A stretch of 64,000 bases of DNA, from NCBI GenBank assembly GCA_963678825.2, contig CAXXPB010000042.1, forward strand, positions 87,344 to 151,343, given 5' to 3'. The notes under the pieces were generated by a model, which saw nothing but the letters and a program-made list of their open reading frames with translations, had not been told where the DNA came from and ran no database searches. This document shows positions 40,641-50,822 of the stretch, piece after piece (position 1 is the first letter of the stretch; every line of letters starts with the position of its first letter). A program made the position numbers and the translations under genes. The DNA is from an uncultured Microbacter sp. (GTDB lineage Bacteria; Bacteroidota; Bacteroidia; Bacteroidales; Paludibacteraceae).

Positions 40641-40894
40641 TATCTGATATTCTGCCTAATGGCTTGAAAAGCCTCATTTTCATAACCGCAGGTCTGTGAC
40701 CTGCGCGTGAGCATAACTCCAACCTAAACGACCTGAAAGGTCGGACAAAGCTCAAAGTGATGCCTTTGACTACGTCGATTTGCAATTCAGGCATAGAAAA
40801 ACGGGGCATTGACAACCCGTAAGCCATTGGCATACGGGTATGAAAATGATGCCTTTCAGGCAAGATGAAACTCAATTAGGTGACATATCAGATA
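40641..40894. mobile_element. REP-like element family C, longer copy
   Basis: Outer IR TATCTGATAT/ATATCAGATA, internal hairpins; left half matches 6958-7046. Confidence 0.65.
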
Positions 40895-41100
40895 ATCATA
40901 TTACAAAAACAATTAGGTTCTATCAGACTTAACCTTCTATCATTAAGTCCTCCTGAACCCACGAAATCAAACAGATAGAATTGAACTTTCCGCAAATATA
41001 GAGTGATAAGACAAGAAAAGAGCCGACAAACTCAATAGCCTGTCAGCTCTTTTGACCGGCGAAACACTTTCTGAGAGGTTTCGCCAACAATCAGAAGTGA

Positions 41101-41568
41101 TTATTTATTTTGTACAAGTAACCATGCGTCGGCGAAACGTGACTGCAATTCAACTTTTGCACTGGTTGCCTGAGCATAATCGTCATAAGAAGCAATAATT
41201 ACACGGTACATATTGTTTTCGTTGACAACAACTGCCGGATTCTTGCCTTCTTTTTTTAATGTAGCAGCAAGGTTTTGAGCATTGAGCTGACTACCGAAGC
41301 TACCTACTACCACATGATATTTTTTATTCACCACATCCTGATTGGTCTCAGTTGCAATAGGTTTGAAATTTTCTTTACGAACATTTTCCTTTCCTGATAC
41401 AGGATTTGAAGGAACCTGAGCCTGTGTGGCCGGAGCAGCAATCACTGAAGATTGTTGTTCTGTCGACTGAGCTTTCGCGTATATACCTGCCGGATGTGTG
41501 GTTTTGCAGGAAACAACCAGAATAGACGGCACAATAAGAGCCAAATAAATTAATTTCTTCATCATCAT
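41101..41568 (-). CDS. SPOR domain lipoprotein
   Basis: Lipobox VVSC, YHVVVGSF, YRV, DAWLL. Confidence 0.88.
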   Translation of the reverse strand: MMMKKLIYLALIVPSILVVSCKTTHPAGIYAKAQSTEQQSSVIAAPATQAQVPSNPVSGKENVRKENFKPIATETNQDVVNKKYHVVVGSFGSQLNAQNLAATLKKEGKNPAVVVNENNMYRVIIASYDDYAQATSAKVELQSRFADAWLLVQNK

Positions 41569-41638
41569 AGAATTTAGAGTAAAAAGCTTTTTACAGCATA
41601 CAAAATTGCAAATTTCCTGTGAAATTAACAAGGGCTTA

Positions 41639-43030
41639 TTAATAGCCCAAAATTTTTAGCATCGATTTGTAACTTTGCTCTTTAGCAAACAGTTTAGTAA
41701 CGTATTCTCCGTTTTCATCCAGATCAATCACCACCACTTTCGGCGCAGGAATCAAACAGTGCTGTATACCTCCGAACCCGCTGAGTGATTCCTGATAAGC
41801 CCCCATATGGAAGAACCCGATGTACTGTTCGGTATCTTCTTTCATTGTTGGAAGGAACACCGCATTCGAATGAGCCTCAGCATTATAGAAATCTTCGCTG
41901 TCGCAAGTCAAGCCGCCCAGATGAACCCGCTGATAATCAGAATCCCAGTTATTGATGGCAAGGAAAACGTAACGCTGGTTAATAGCCCAGGTATCCGGCA
42001 ACGTTGTCATAAACGAACTGTCAATCATGTTCCACAACTCACGGTCGTTCTGCTGTTTCTGGTTGACGATAGAATAAAGCATTGCGCCACTTTCTCCTAC
42101 AGTATACGAACCAAATTCGGTAAAGATATGAGGCTCTGGCACCTCATTTTGAGTACAGATAGCTTTGATCTGAGCTACTATCTCTTCAGCCATGTAGTCG
42201 TAATCGTAAACGAAATCGAGGTGTGCCTGAATGGGGAAGCCACCGCCGATATTCAGACTATCAAGCGACGGACATATCTTCTTCATTTCGCAATAAAGAT
42301 TGACCGCCTTATTCAGTTCATTCCAGTAGTAAGCCGTATCCTTTATTCCCGTATTGATAAAGAAATGAAGCATTTTGAGCTCCACCTGAGGATTGTTCTG
42401 AATCTTTTCACAATAATAAGGAATGATATCATTGTAACGAATCCCCAGTCGTGATGTATAGAAGTCAAACTTAGGTTCTTCTTCCGAAGCGATTCGGATA
42501 CCTACTTTAAATTGAGGCTCGAACTCATTAAGCAACAAATCCAGCTCAAACTTATTATCAAGTACCGGAACTACATTATCAAAGCCAAGATTTATCAGAT
42601 TTTGGATATTCTCAACATAATGAGGACGTTTAAAACCATTACATATAACAAATGTATCGGGTTTAAGTTGACCGGATTCGAATAATGATTCCAGAATATT
42701 TATATCAAAAGCCGAAGACGTTTCAATATGAACACCGAGCTTCAGCACCTCTTCCATCACAAAAGAGAAATGCGAACTTTTGGTACAATAACAATAGTGA
42801 TAATCAGCATTATAATCCACCTTTGCCATTGCCACATTAAACATACGACGCGCCCGTTGTATCTTCTTGGCAATGCTTGGCAGGTAACTAACGCGCAGCG
42901 GAGTCCCGTACTGCTTGATAAGATCCATCAAAGGAACACCATACCAGTAGAGTTCGTTATCCTCTACAGTAAACTCTTCGTTTGGAAATTCGAAGGATTG
43001 TTCAATTAAATCGACATACTTGTTTTTCAT
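41639..43030 (-). CDS. speA: Arginine decarboxylase (short Bacteroidetes type)
   Basis: YCTKSSH, CNGFK, LTCDSED, GAYQE; fold-III PLP decarboxylase. Confidence 0.85.
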   Translation of the reverse strand: MKNKYVDLIEQSFEFPNEEFTVEDNELYWYGVPLMDLIKQYGTPLRVSYLPSIAKKIQRARRMFNVAMAKVDYNADYHYCYCTKSSHFSFVMEEVLKLGVHIETSSAFDINILESLFESGQLKPDTFVICNGFKRPHYVENIQNLINLGFDNVVPVLDNKFELDLLLNEFEPQFKVGIRIASEEEPKFDFYTSRLGIRYNDIIPYYCEKIQNNPQVELKMLHFFINTGIKDTAYYWNELNKAVNLYCEMKKICPSLDSLNIGGGFPIQAHLDFVYDYDYMAEEIVAQIKAICTQNEVPEPHIFTEFGSYTVGESGAMLYSIVNQKQQNDRELWNMIDSSFMTTLPDTWAINQRYVFLAINNWDSDYQRVHLGGLTCDSEDFYNAEAHSNAVFLPTMKEDTEQYIGFFHMGAYQESLSGFGGIQHCLIPAPKVVVIDLDENGEYVTKLFAKEQSYKSMLKILGY

Positions 43031-43320
43031 CCGAATATCAATTCTCTAAAAGAATAAATAAAATAAAAAGACAATTTATAAATAGCAAACAGAAAATCCA
43101 ACTCACTTGGATTGATAAAAAAAATCCAATCCAACTCACACGGATTTCACAAAACAAAATCCACTGACTAAAATTGGGCTACAAAAATACAAAATATTAT
43201 CGGATTCAGTTCATTAGCAAAGATAAAATAACAAGTCAAATCGAATAAGATTTACAAAAAAACGCAGCGTATTTGGAATGAATACTATAAGATGCTGTAT
43301 TCCAAGCAATTCACCCTTAG

Positions 43321-43493
43321 TCTTATCTAACCACTCCGCTTCGCTCGTCCCCTCCCGATAACTATCGGAACCAAAGGGGACAACACTCTTTGCGAAGTTT
43401 TAGCTCTGCCTTACGATTCATTGCTAAAATTGCAGATTCGTCTTCCCTTCATCAGAAGGGAAGTACCCGGGACGGGGGTAGGGTTTGATAAGA
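43321..43493. repeat. Palindromic element loosely related to family E
   Basis: IR TCTTATC.AACC/GGTT.GATAAGA, internal TCCCCT..AGGGGA and CTTCCCTTC..GAAGGGAAG hairpins. Confidence 0.6.
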
Positions 43494-43627
43494 AAGAGAG
43501 CTCATTGTCTGGTCGAAACTCATTTACTGCAAACACTTTTCACCAGAAACAGGCAACAAAAAAAGGGGAAAATGCGGATAAAAACCACATCCCCCCCCTT
43601 TAAGGAGTATACGTTAACTACTGTATA

Positions 43628-44500
43628 TTAGCAAGTTTCAACTTCTTTGTTGATCTTTTTTACAAGACCCTGAAGCACTGTACCAGGGCCGAGTTCGCGG
43701 AACCAGGTTGCACCGTCAGCTATCATGTTCTGAACAGTTTGTGTCCAACGTACCGGAGAGGTCAACTGAGCAATCAGGTTTTGTTTGATTACTTCAGGAT
43801 CAGTCTGAGGCTGAGCGTTTACGTTCTGATAAACAGGGCAAACCGGAGCTGAGAACTGTGTACGGGCAATAGCTTCTTCAAGTTCAACACGAGCCGGTTC
43901 CATCAACGGAGAGTGGAATGCACCACCAACCGAAAGAACCAAAGCACGTTTAGCGCCAGCAGCTTTCAGCAATTCACAAGCTGTCTGAATAGCTTCCACT
44001 TCACCGGAAATAACCAGCTGACCCGGACAGTTATAATTAGCAGGAACCACAATACCTTCAACCGAAGCACAAATCTCTTCCACTTTAGCATCATCAAGAC
44101 CGATAATAGCTGCCATAGTCGATTTTTGTTTTTCGCAAGCTTTCTGCATAGCCTGAGCACGTGCAGAAACCAGTTTCAATCCATCTTCAAATGAAAGAGC
44201 ACCTGCTGCAACCAATGCTGAAAATTCGCCCAAAGAGTGACCGGCAGTCATTTCCGGAGCAAATTCTGCACCAAGGGTTTTAGCCAGAATTACAGAATGA
44301 AGGAAAATTGCAGGTTGCGTTACTTTTGTCTGACGCAGATCTTCGTCAGTTCCTGCAAACATTAAATCCGTGATACGGAATCCCAGAATTTCATTTGCTT
44401 TTTCAAAAAGTTCCTTTGCCAAAGGATTGTTATCATACAAATCCTTACCCATTCCTACGAACTGGGCTCCCTGACCGGGAAATACATAAGCTTTTTTCAT
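43628..44500 (-). CDS. fabD: Malonyl-CoA:ACP transacylase
   Basis: FPGQGAQ, GHSLGE, GAFHS. Confidence 0.96.
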   Translation of the reverse strand: MKKAYVFPGQGAQFVGMGKDLYDNNPLAKELFEKANEILGFRITDLMFAGTDEDLRQTKVTQPAIFLHSVILAKTLGAEFAPEMTAGHSLGEFSALVAAGALSFEDGLKLVSARAQAMQKACEKQKSTMAAIIGLDDAKVEEICASVEGIVVPANYNCPGQLVISGEVEAIQTACELLKAAGAKRALVLSVGGAFHSPLMEPARVELEEAIARTQFSAPVCPVYQNVNAQPQTDPEVIKQNLIAQLTSPVRWTQTVQNMIADGATWFRELGPGTVLQGLVKKINKEVETC

Positions 44501-44948
44501 TGTAGTTATAGTTTTCTTAAGTTTAGATTAGGTACTTTTTCTTCGGATCAAACCGTTAAGAAGCACGTTCAACTAAAGTTATTTATTTACGCAACAGGCT
44601 AATACAGAACAACACAAGCACTAAGACAGCGCCAGTTTCTGTCCAACCCGAAAGCGGCACAAAGATAGGGATTTTTCTTTAATAGGAAGCGATTTTCTCC
44701 GTCCGAGAAGAATCAGGTTCGACCACATACGATGTTTTGATATAAAATATTATTTAAGCTAAATAATGTGTTATGTAAGAAATTGTGTAGATTTGGAGCT
44801 GAAAATTTTATTGGCACTTTGCCCGAAAAAGCAAGCTAAAACGTTTCCTTTTCGTATAAAAAGGAGCCGAAATGATATTTGGCTCTGAACATATACAAAT
44901 TTCAACTAAGTATATATACATGTGATGTTTCATCCAAAAATAGACAAA

Positions 44949-45698
44949 ATGACATCAAAAGAAAAAATTACAAAAGAGTTTACAGATTGCATTAACGATG
45001 CCGCACCAATACTTTTATTCCTACAAGGAAAATTAAAGAAAGAGTTGGCTGAAAAATATTCCCTTCCATACGAATATCAGAAATGGTATTCTAAGGCTCT
45101 AAAGGTTGTAGAATTCTTAGGGAAAGATCGATTTCAAGAGTTTAAGTCATATTATGAAATTGATCCAAAAAGGAAAACGATGGGTTATGGCAATTACTAT
45201 ATTCAAGACTATTTGAAAGGTGTAGCACCAAACAGATGGAACACTCCTGATTTTGACACCAAAGAAGAAACTCTTAAAAATGTATATAACCAATATACTA
45301 TTTTACGCTCTATTGGCGACAGAATTGATAGTGTCCTTTCAGATATACAAACAACTTTATTTGCAGAATTACAAGATATTGAACTTGACACAGCTCAAAG
45401 TTTATTGAAAATTAATTTGCGCTCAAGTGGTGTTATTGCGGGAGTAGTATTGGAAAGTTATCTCTCAAAAGTAACAGAAAACCATAGTTTAACTTTATCT
45501 AAGAAAAACCCAACTCTTTCTGATTTCAACGAAACACTTAAAAACAACAATATTCTTGACACTACAGTGTGGCGGAAAATTTCTTATTTAAGTGACATTA
45601 GAAATATCTGTGCGCACAAAAAAAATACAGAGCCTACTAAAGAACAAGTTGAAGAACTAATTACAGGTGTTCATTGGGTGACAAAAAATGTATTTTAA
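44949..45698 (+). CDS. Hypothetical protein with C-terminal HEPN-like domain
   Basis: AGVVLE...RNICAH (RxxxxH) motif; low GC. Confidence 0.7.
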   Translation: MTSKEKITKEFTDCINDAAPILLFLQGKLKKELAEKYSLPYEYQKWYSKALKVVEFLGKDRFQEFKSYYEIDPKRKTMGYGNYYIQDYLKGVAPNRWNTPDFDTKEETLKNVYNQYTILRSIGDRIDSVLSDIQTTLFAELQDIELDTAQSLLKINLRSSGVIAGVVLESYLSKVTENHSLTLSKKNPTLSDFNETLKNNNILDTTVWRKISYLSDIRNICAHKKNTEPTKEQVEELITGVHWVTKNVF

Positions 45699-45704
45699 TA
45701 AAAA

Positions 45705-45782
45705 AGGAAGGCTCATCACACACCTATGTTTATTAACTGACTGAGGGTATGTCTGCAGTTCTGCGCCCCATTCACTTTGTCG
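45705..45782 (+). repeat. attC-like site, family Y left arm
   Basis: Begins just after the stop (GGCTCATCAC); CTGAGGGTAT..GCAGTT.TGCG..TTCACT is complementary to 11138-11172. Confidence 0.55.
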
Positions 45783-45785
45783 TTC

Positions 45786-45947
45786 TCCCCCCTGCTCCCG
45801 CGCGAATCTTTCGCGTGGGCAAACCAAGCGGTAGCAACGAGCCCAGAAAAAGAACGGAATCAAATTTCAGAACAGTATAGTCTAGGCTTATGGGACTACA
45901 CAATCAGCAGAGTACGGCATGGTATCACGATGCAATCATGCGGCAGC
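45786..45947. repeat. REP-like element family D copy 2
   Basis: 29-bp identity with 12952-12980; distal CACGATGCAATCATGCG arm. Confidence 0.75.
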
Positions 45948-45971
45948 TATGTTAGCTTAAAACAATATACA

Positions 45972-46625
45972 ATGAAAAAAATAACACTTATCTTATTGTC
46001 CTTTACTTTGATAACTTTAGTCTCTTTTGGACAAAAAGCTCAAGACCTAATTACACCAAAGTTCAACGACAAATATTCTGATTTCGTCAAACGACTTGAA
46101 GCTGGGAAAACCGATATTAACTATACTGAATTTCGAGAAAGTTTTATCGAAAGTGAACAATTCAAAGTTGCTTCAAAAGCAAAGAAACAGTTTGAAAGCT
46201 TAAAACAGGAACTGTATACTCAAATGGACAAGTCTAATTCTCAGGAAATAATCAGAATTACAAAAGCCATGTTAAGTATTGACTACACAAGTATGTTGGC
46301 TCATAAAATTCTACGGCAGACGTATCAAACGATTGGGGATACCTTAAACGCAAGCAAATACAAAACAATTCAGTTTGGGCTTTTGCATTCGATAGCTGAC
46401 AGCGGGAATGGCAAAACTTGCGAGACAGCATGGCGCGTAGTTCAAGTTAGCGAAGAATACTTCATTCTTCAAATGCTGGGTGTTGAATTGACAAGCCAAA
46501 GCATTGACAACTCTAATGGGCTTTGCGACAAAATGATAGTAAGAACAAAAGATGGAGAAGAAAAGACTTATTACTTCGAAATAAGCAAAGTATTTGAAGG
46601 TTATAAAAAACTAGGGCTAAAATAA
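45972..46625 (+). CDS. Secreted hypothetical protein (DUF4919-like)
   Basis: Signal peptide; SIADSGNGKTCETAWRVVQVSEEY motif. Confidence 0.65.
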   Translation: MKKITLILLSFTLITLVSFGQKAQDLITPKFNDKYSDFVKRLEAGKTDINYTEFRESFIESEQFKVASKAKKQFESLKQELYTQMDKSNSQEIIRITKAMLSIDYTSMLAHKILRQTYQTIGDTLNASKYKTIQFGLLHSIADSGNGKTCETAWRVVQVSEEYFILQMLGVELTSQSIDNSNGLCDKMIVRTKDGEEKTYYFEISKVFEGYKKLGLK

Positions 46626-46863
46626 ACGCGAAAACACACCCAGCTGAGAGAGTGTTTATTGAAACCTACGAAAAGAGGATTGGGTGATGCGAGCTCCGAC
46701 TCGCATGAAAAAAATATCAGCGACTTGGAACTAACTCCTTTCTGTCGTTGACCGCTGGTTCGCTGCACCCTTCACTCAAGTACGATTTCATCGCGTAGGC
46801 AAGCCAAATGGCAGCAACGACTTATACCAGCTTATACAGATCGGACTCAAACTTATCCAACAA

Positions 46864-47631
46864 TTAGCGCAGGAGCAGTTCGCCAAAGAATTCGGGGCGA
46901 TGAAAACTGGGATTTGGGGTTACAATCGGGCTCCAGCTTACATAATGTTTCCGACTGGTATCGTCTCCACACTTGTAGAAATTACCCATGATTTTTTCCG
47001 GCAGATGAGACGGATCGACACCTAAGAGCTGAAACGGGATAGCTACCGTCAATTCCCAATTGAAGCTACCTTGCTTTTCATCAAAGGTTTTATTGCCAAG
47101 TGTGGAATAACGCAAAATTTGCTTCATCTCGTTTCCCGGTCTGTAATATGATTGCGTAGCTGACGGATGAATTTCCGACAAACAGGTTCCGATACAGTTA
47201 AATTCAAGATTGGTATAAACCGTCTGGTCGGTTCGCTTACAGAAGAACTCCACACAACTATCTTTCCAAACCGGATCCTGATCATTGCCATAAATAGCTT
47301 TTATCAGTTCATCCTGCACGGCATATTTGATAAAAATATGTGTGCGGGAACGGGCAATCCGAAACGTAACCGAAGGCTTATAGGGAAACTGAGCACTCCA
47401 GTTCAGACAGTCAATGCGACCTAATGTCCCTCTGCGATTCAGAATCGCTGCTGCAACATCCGGTGTTTTTTTATCCAGCTGCTTAAGGTATGGTACCTTT
47501 ATTCTTTGGGGAATAGTTGAAAGAGAGGCCGGTTTAGTCTCCTTTTCAGACGGGGATATGCCTGTTGTTTTACAACCTGCCAGACAAATCATCAACACCA
47601 CAAGCGTCAACGACGCCATTATTTTTTTCAT
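46864..47631 (-). CDS. CBM9-like lipoprotein
   Basis: Lipobox LAGC; VWKDSCVEFF, NFYKCGD, FHRPEFFG. Confidence 0.8.
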   Translation of the reverse strand: MKKIMASLTLVVLMICLAGCKTTGISPSEKETKPASLSTIPQRIKVPYLKQLDKKTPDVAAAILNRRGTLGRIDCLNWSAQFPYKPSVTFRIARSRTHIFIKYAVQDELIKAIYGNDQDPVWKDSCVEFFCKRTDQTVYTNLEFNCIGTCLSEIHPSATQSYYRPGNEMKQILRYSTLGNKTFDEKQGSFNWELTVAIPFQLLGVDPSHLPEKIMGNFYKCGDDTSRKHYVSWSPIVTPNPSFHRPEFFGELLLR

Positions 47632-47682
47632 CAACACAATCATCCAATAACAAAACAACACTCTTATCTTAAAGACTTTCGA

Positions 47683-48330
47683 CTAAACAAGCTTCAATTC
47701 TCCAAAGAATTCAGGACGGTGAAAGTCGGGTGCCGGAGTTGTGATTGGATTCCAGCTTAAATAGTGTTGAAAAGCGGTATCATCGGCACATTTATAGAAG
47801 TTACCTAATATTTTTTCAGGTAAATTTTCAGGATCGATTCCGAGCAACGCGAATGGAATGGCAACAGTCAACTCCCATTCAAACATGCCTTCCATTTCCT
47901 GAAAGGCTTTTGTGCCGATAGAAGGATAACGCAAGATCTGTTGCAACTCCTCCGGAGTGCGCAGCTCCGACTCATGACGGGTAATATGTTTGGCAGAATA
48001 GCAGGTTCCGATACAATTGAATTCAAAATTCATGTAACCGTTCTGATCGGCTCTTTTGCAGAAAAATTCCACACAACTGTCTTTCCACACAGGCTGCTGA
48101 TCTTTGCTATAAACTGCGCAAAGAACATTGCCATTGACCGTATATTTTATACAGATTGCAGATGCGGAACGGGCAATTCGGAAGGAAGTAATTGGTTTAT
48201 AGGGATATTGTTCCGGCCAGTTTATACTGTCGATACTTCCGGCATCGCCCTCTTCTGTAAGAATATCGGCTACCGACTCAATGGATGCATCATCCAAACG
48301 ATCTACATAGGGAACATTAATTGTCTTCAT
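47683..48330 (-). CDS. CBM9-like protein without signal peptide
   Basis: Same motifs as the neighbouring gene. Confidence 0.82.
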   Translation of the reverse strand: MKTINVPYVDRLDDASIESVADILTEEGDAGSIDSINWPEQYPYKPITSFRIARSASAICIKYTVNGNVLCAVYSKDQQPVWKDSCVEFFCKRADQNGYMNFEFNCIGTCYSAKHITRHESELRTPEELQQILRYPSIGTKAFQEMEGMFEWELTVAIPFALLGIDPENLPEKILGNFYKCADDTAFQHYLSWNPITTPAPDFHRPEFFGELKLV

Positions 48331-48461
48331 CGCCTCTATATTTTAAATACCTAACAAACTATCAGATAAAAAATCATCAAAAAAAAACACCTGTCCGGCC
48401 ACAAAAAGAACTCGTCATGGCTTTTCTTTAACAATATATTTTATTCTCAATTTTTACCTTC

Positions 48462-48612
48462 CGACCCCTCCTAACCTGCCCTAAATGGGGAGGAATTCGC
48501 CCTTAAAACGAGAAAAAAATTGCACATTATACAAAGTTACAGCCCCCATTTTGGGGAATCGAAGATCAGCGAAGCTAATGGGGATCACAAAATAAAAAGT
48601 CAAGATGACTTC
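48462..48612. mobile_element. Palindromic element family E copy 2
   Basis: Near-identical to 28870-29020. Confidence 0.8.
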
Positions 48613-48711
48613 TAAATAGTGCTCATGAACAGATATGCAATGATACAATTTTTTTAGCTAAAAAAAAAGAGGCTTTTTGTGAATAAGAAAAGAGAAAGTG
48701 TTATGACTAAA

Positions 48712-49887
48712 TTAGTTTTTCTGACAAAAAACCGCCTGTTTTTTGCCTCCAAATATCGTCACAGCAAACAAATAGACTTTTCCACCATCAGACAAGCCAA
48801 ACTTCTTCTTGATTTCTTCGGGTTTCGCAGGGAAATTGCGCACTGCAATATTCGCTTTCCTATCCGGCAGATTTTCCCTCATCGTTTGTTTATTCATCGC
48901 ACCGGCCGCCACAATCCGGAATACCCTCCCGGGAAAGTCGGGCAGTAACACATCCGAAGTATAAAGATGCGTATCGGGATGCAATTTATTCAAGCCGAAA
49001 CGACTGGTTACCAACCGAAAAGCTCCTGCTTTCATTATTGCGGCATTCGGTTCATAGAGATACGTAGAAAGTGCATCCGCAAAAGCAACGACAGACTGCG
49101 ATTCTTCTTCGGGTGTGAATGAAAAAACATCGTGACGCTCCGCGTCCAGATTCGCGCAAGTGATGGAATATGATGTAGCTCCCGGGCGGCATTCAAAGAG
49201 CAGCTCCTTGCATTCATTCTTCACTGCAACCACATGCACCCGACTCACACAACCCAGCTCTTTCACAGCTTGTGTAATATCAAGCATGGGAGAAGCTTTG
49301 ACAAGAATTTTATCCGCATATTGCCATAAAACCGGCAAAGCAGAAGGCACATCGGGCTCGCAATCGCCCAACCTGATCACTTTGTTTTTGTTTCCATCGC
49401 GACGGGCCGGATCAATATAGATACAATCAAAAGGACGATTCGCCTTCGTCAGGAACTCAATGCCATCGTCACAATAAGAATCCACCCCGGCTCCGCAAAC
49501 GCTGAAATTATGAGCCGCTATTTGCTCTAATTCGGCATTACGTTCCACATAACAATATCCCGCACTTCGGACAGACATAAACATAGCGTCAATGCCTAAA
49601 CCGCCTGTCAAATCAACCACCGAAAGATCTTCCACCAATGACGCTTTGTATTGCGCCGTTAGTTCGGAAGAACATTGCTCCATCGAAAGCTTAACCGGAT
49701 AAATAAAGTCTTCGTTTTCGACAAGCGAGGGAAATTTTTCTTTCGCTTTACGCTGGCCTTCTATTTGTCGCGCAGCAAATTCTACATCGACACCCGGATA
49801 TCGGGATGATGCAAGCAACAGCTTATGAGTATCATCATCTGCATGTTGCCGTATAAACGACTTTAGCTGTTCGTCCGGTTGAATCAT
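48712..49887 (-). CDS. Class I SAM-dependent methyltransferase with THUMP-like C-terminus
   Basis: EQCSSE, DLTGGLGID, IDPARR, KASPMLD, YEPNAAIMK. Confidence 0.85.
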   Translation of the reverse strand: MIQPDEQLKSFIRQHADDDTHKLLLASSRYPGVDVEFAARQIEGQRKAKEKFPSLVENEDFIYPVKLSMEQCSSELTAQYKASLVEDLSVVDLTGGLGIDAMFMSVRSAGYCYVERNAELEQIAAHNFSVCGAGVDSYCDDGIEFLTKANRPFDCIYIDPARRDGNKNKVIRLGDCEPDVPSALPVLWQYADKILVKASPMLDITQAVKELGCVSRVHVVAVKNECKELLFECRPGATSYSITCANLDAERHDVFSFTPEEESQSVVAFADALSTYLYEPNAAIMKAGAFRLVTSRFGLNKLHPDTHLYTSDVLLPDFPGRVFRIVAAGAMNKQTMRENLPDRKANIAVRNFPAKPEEIKKKFGLSDGGKVYLFAVTIFGGKKQAVFCQKN

Positions 49888-49902
49888 ATGCGTGAGCCGG
49901 AA

Positions 49903-50685
49903 TTATTTCTTGCACACGTAAATACTGGCTTCATAAAGCAGGATCAGGGGAATACAGACCGCAATCATCGAGAAAGGGTCAGCCGGGGTGATAATGCCGG
50001 CCAGAATCGCAATAATTACCACTGCATGACGGCGGTACTTCCGCATAAATTCACGTTTCAGAATACCGAACTTCGAAAGCAGATAAACCAGAATCGGCAG
50101 TTCGAAAACAGCGCCGATACAGATCAATGTTGTTGTAAACAGGCTGATATAAGAGCTCAGCGAAACCATATTTACAATATCGGGACTAACCTGATAGGTG
50201 AAGAAAAAGCGTATTGCAATCGGAAAAATCAAGCTGTAAGCAATCAGTACTCCGAGAAAGAAAAGCAAACCGCCGGAAACAAAAGTCCACACGATTGGAC
50301 GCCGTTCGTTCGGGTAAAGCGCCGGACTCACAAAACGCCACAATTCATATACAATGTAGGGAAGAGAAAGGATAAGTCCCAACCAGAAAGCGATATTAAG
50401 GTGCACCATAAACTGGCCGGTAAGTTCGTAATTGACCAATTTAAGGTTGAAATCTTCAAAACGAAGCGATGAAATATGCAGGTTCTGCCCAATGATATCG
50501 AGCCATTTGTACATATAGAATGTGGAGTTTTTGGGGGCAAAAATGACATCAAACACCCATTCTTTGGCACAAAAAACCACTACCATCATCAACACAATAG
50601 CTACCACCGCTCTGAAAAGCGTCCATCTTAACGCTTCCAAATGGTCCCAAAACGTCATTTCCTGTTCTTCGTTTTCCACACTCAT
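49903..50685 (-). CDS. tatC: Twin-arginine translocase subunit C
   Basis: FWDHLEALR, FVSPALY..E, FELP, ITPAD, LYE. Confidence 0.95.
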   Translation of the reverse strand: MSVENEEQEMTFWDHLEALRWTLFRAVVAIVLMMVVVFCAKEWVFDVIFAPKNSTFYMYKWLDIIGQNLHISSLRFEDFNLKLVNYELTGQFMVHLNIAFWLGLILSLPYIVYELWRFVSPALYPNERRPIVWTFVSGGLLFFLGVLIAYSLIFPIAIRFFFTYQVSPDIVNMVSLSSYISLFTTTLICIGAVFELPILVYLLSKFGILKREFMRKYRRHAVVIIAILAGIITPADPFSMIAVCIPLILLYEASIYVCKK

Positions 50686-50822
50686 AGTTTCATCTTATTC
50701 TACTTTCGCAAGCATCGCAATTTAGCTTGCCTCAAGGGATTAAAATATTATATTTTCAAATAGGCAGGTTTCTGCATGCGACTTTCCGATTAAAATTATT
50801 CCTTGCCATTCTTAATTTGTTT

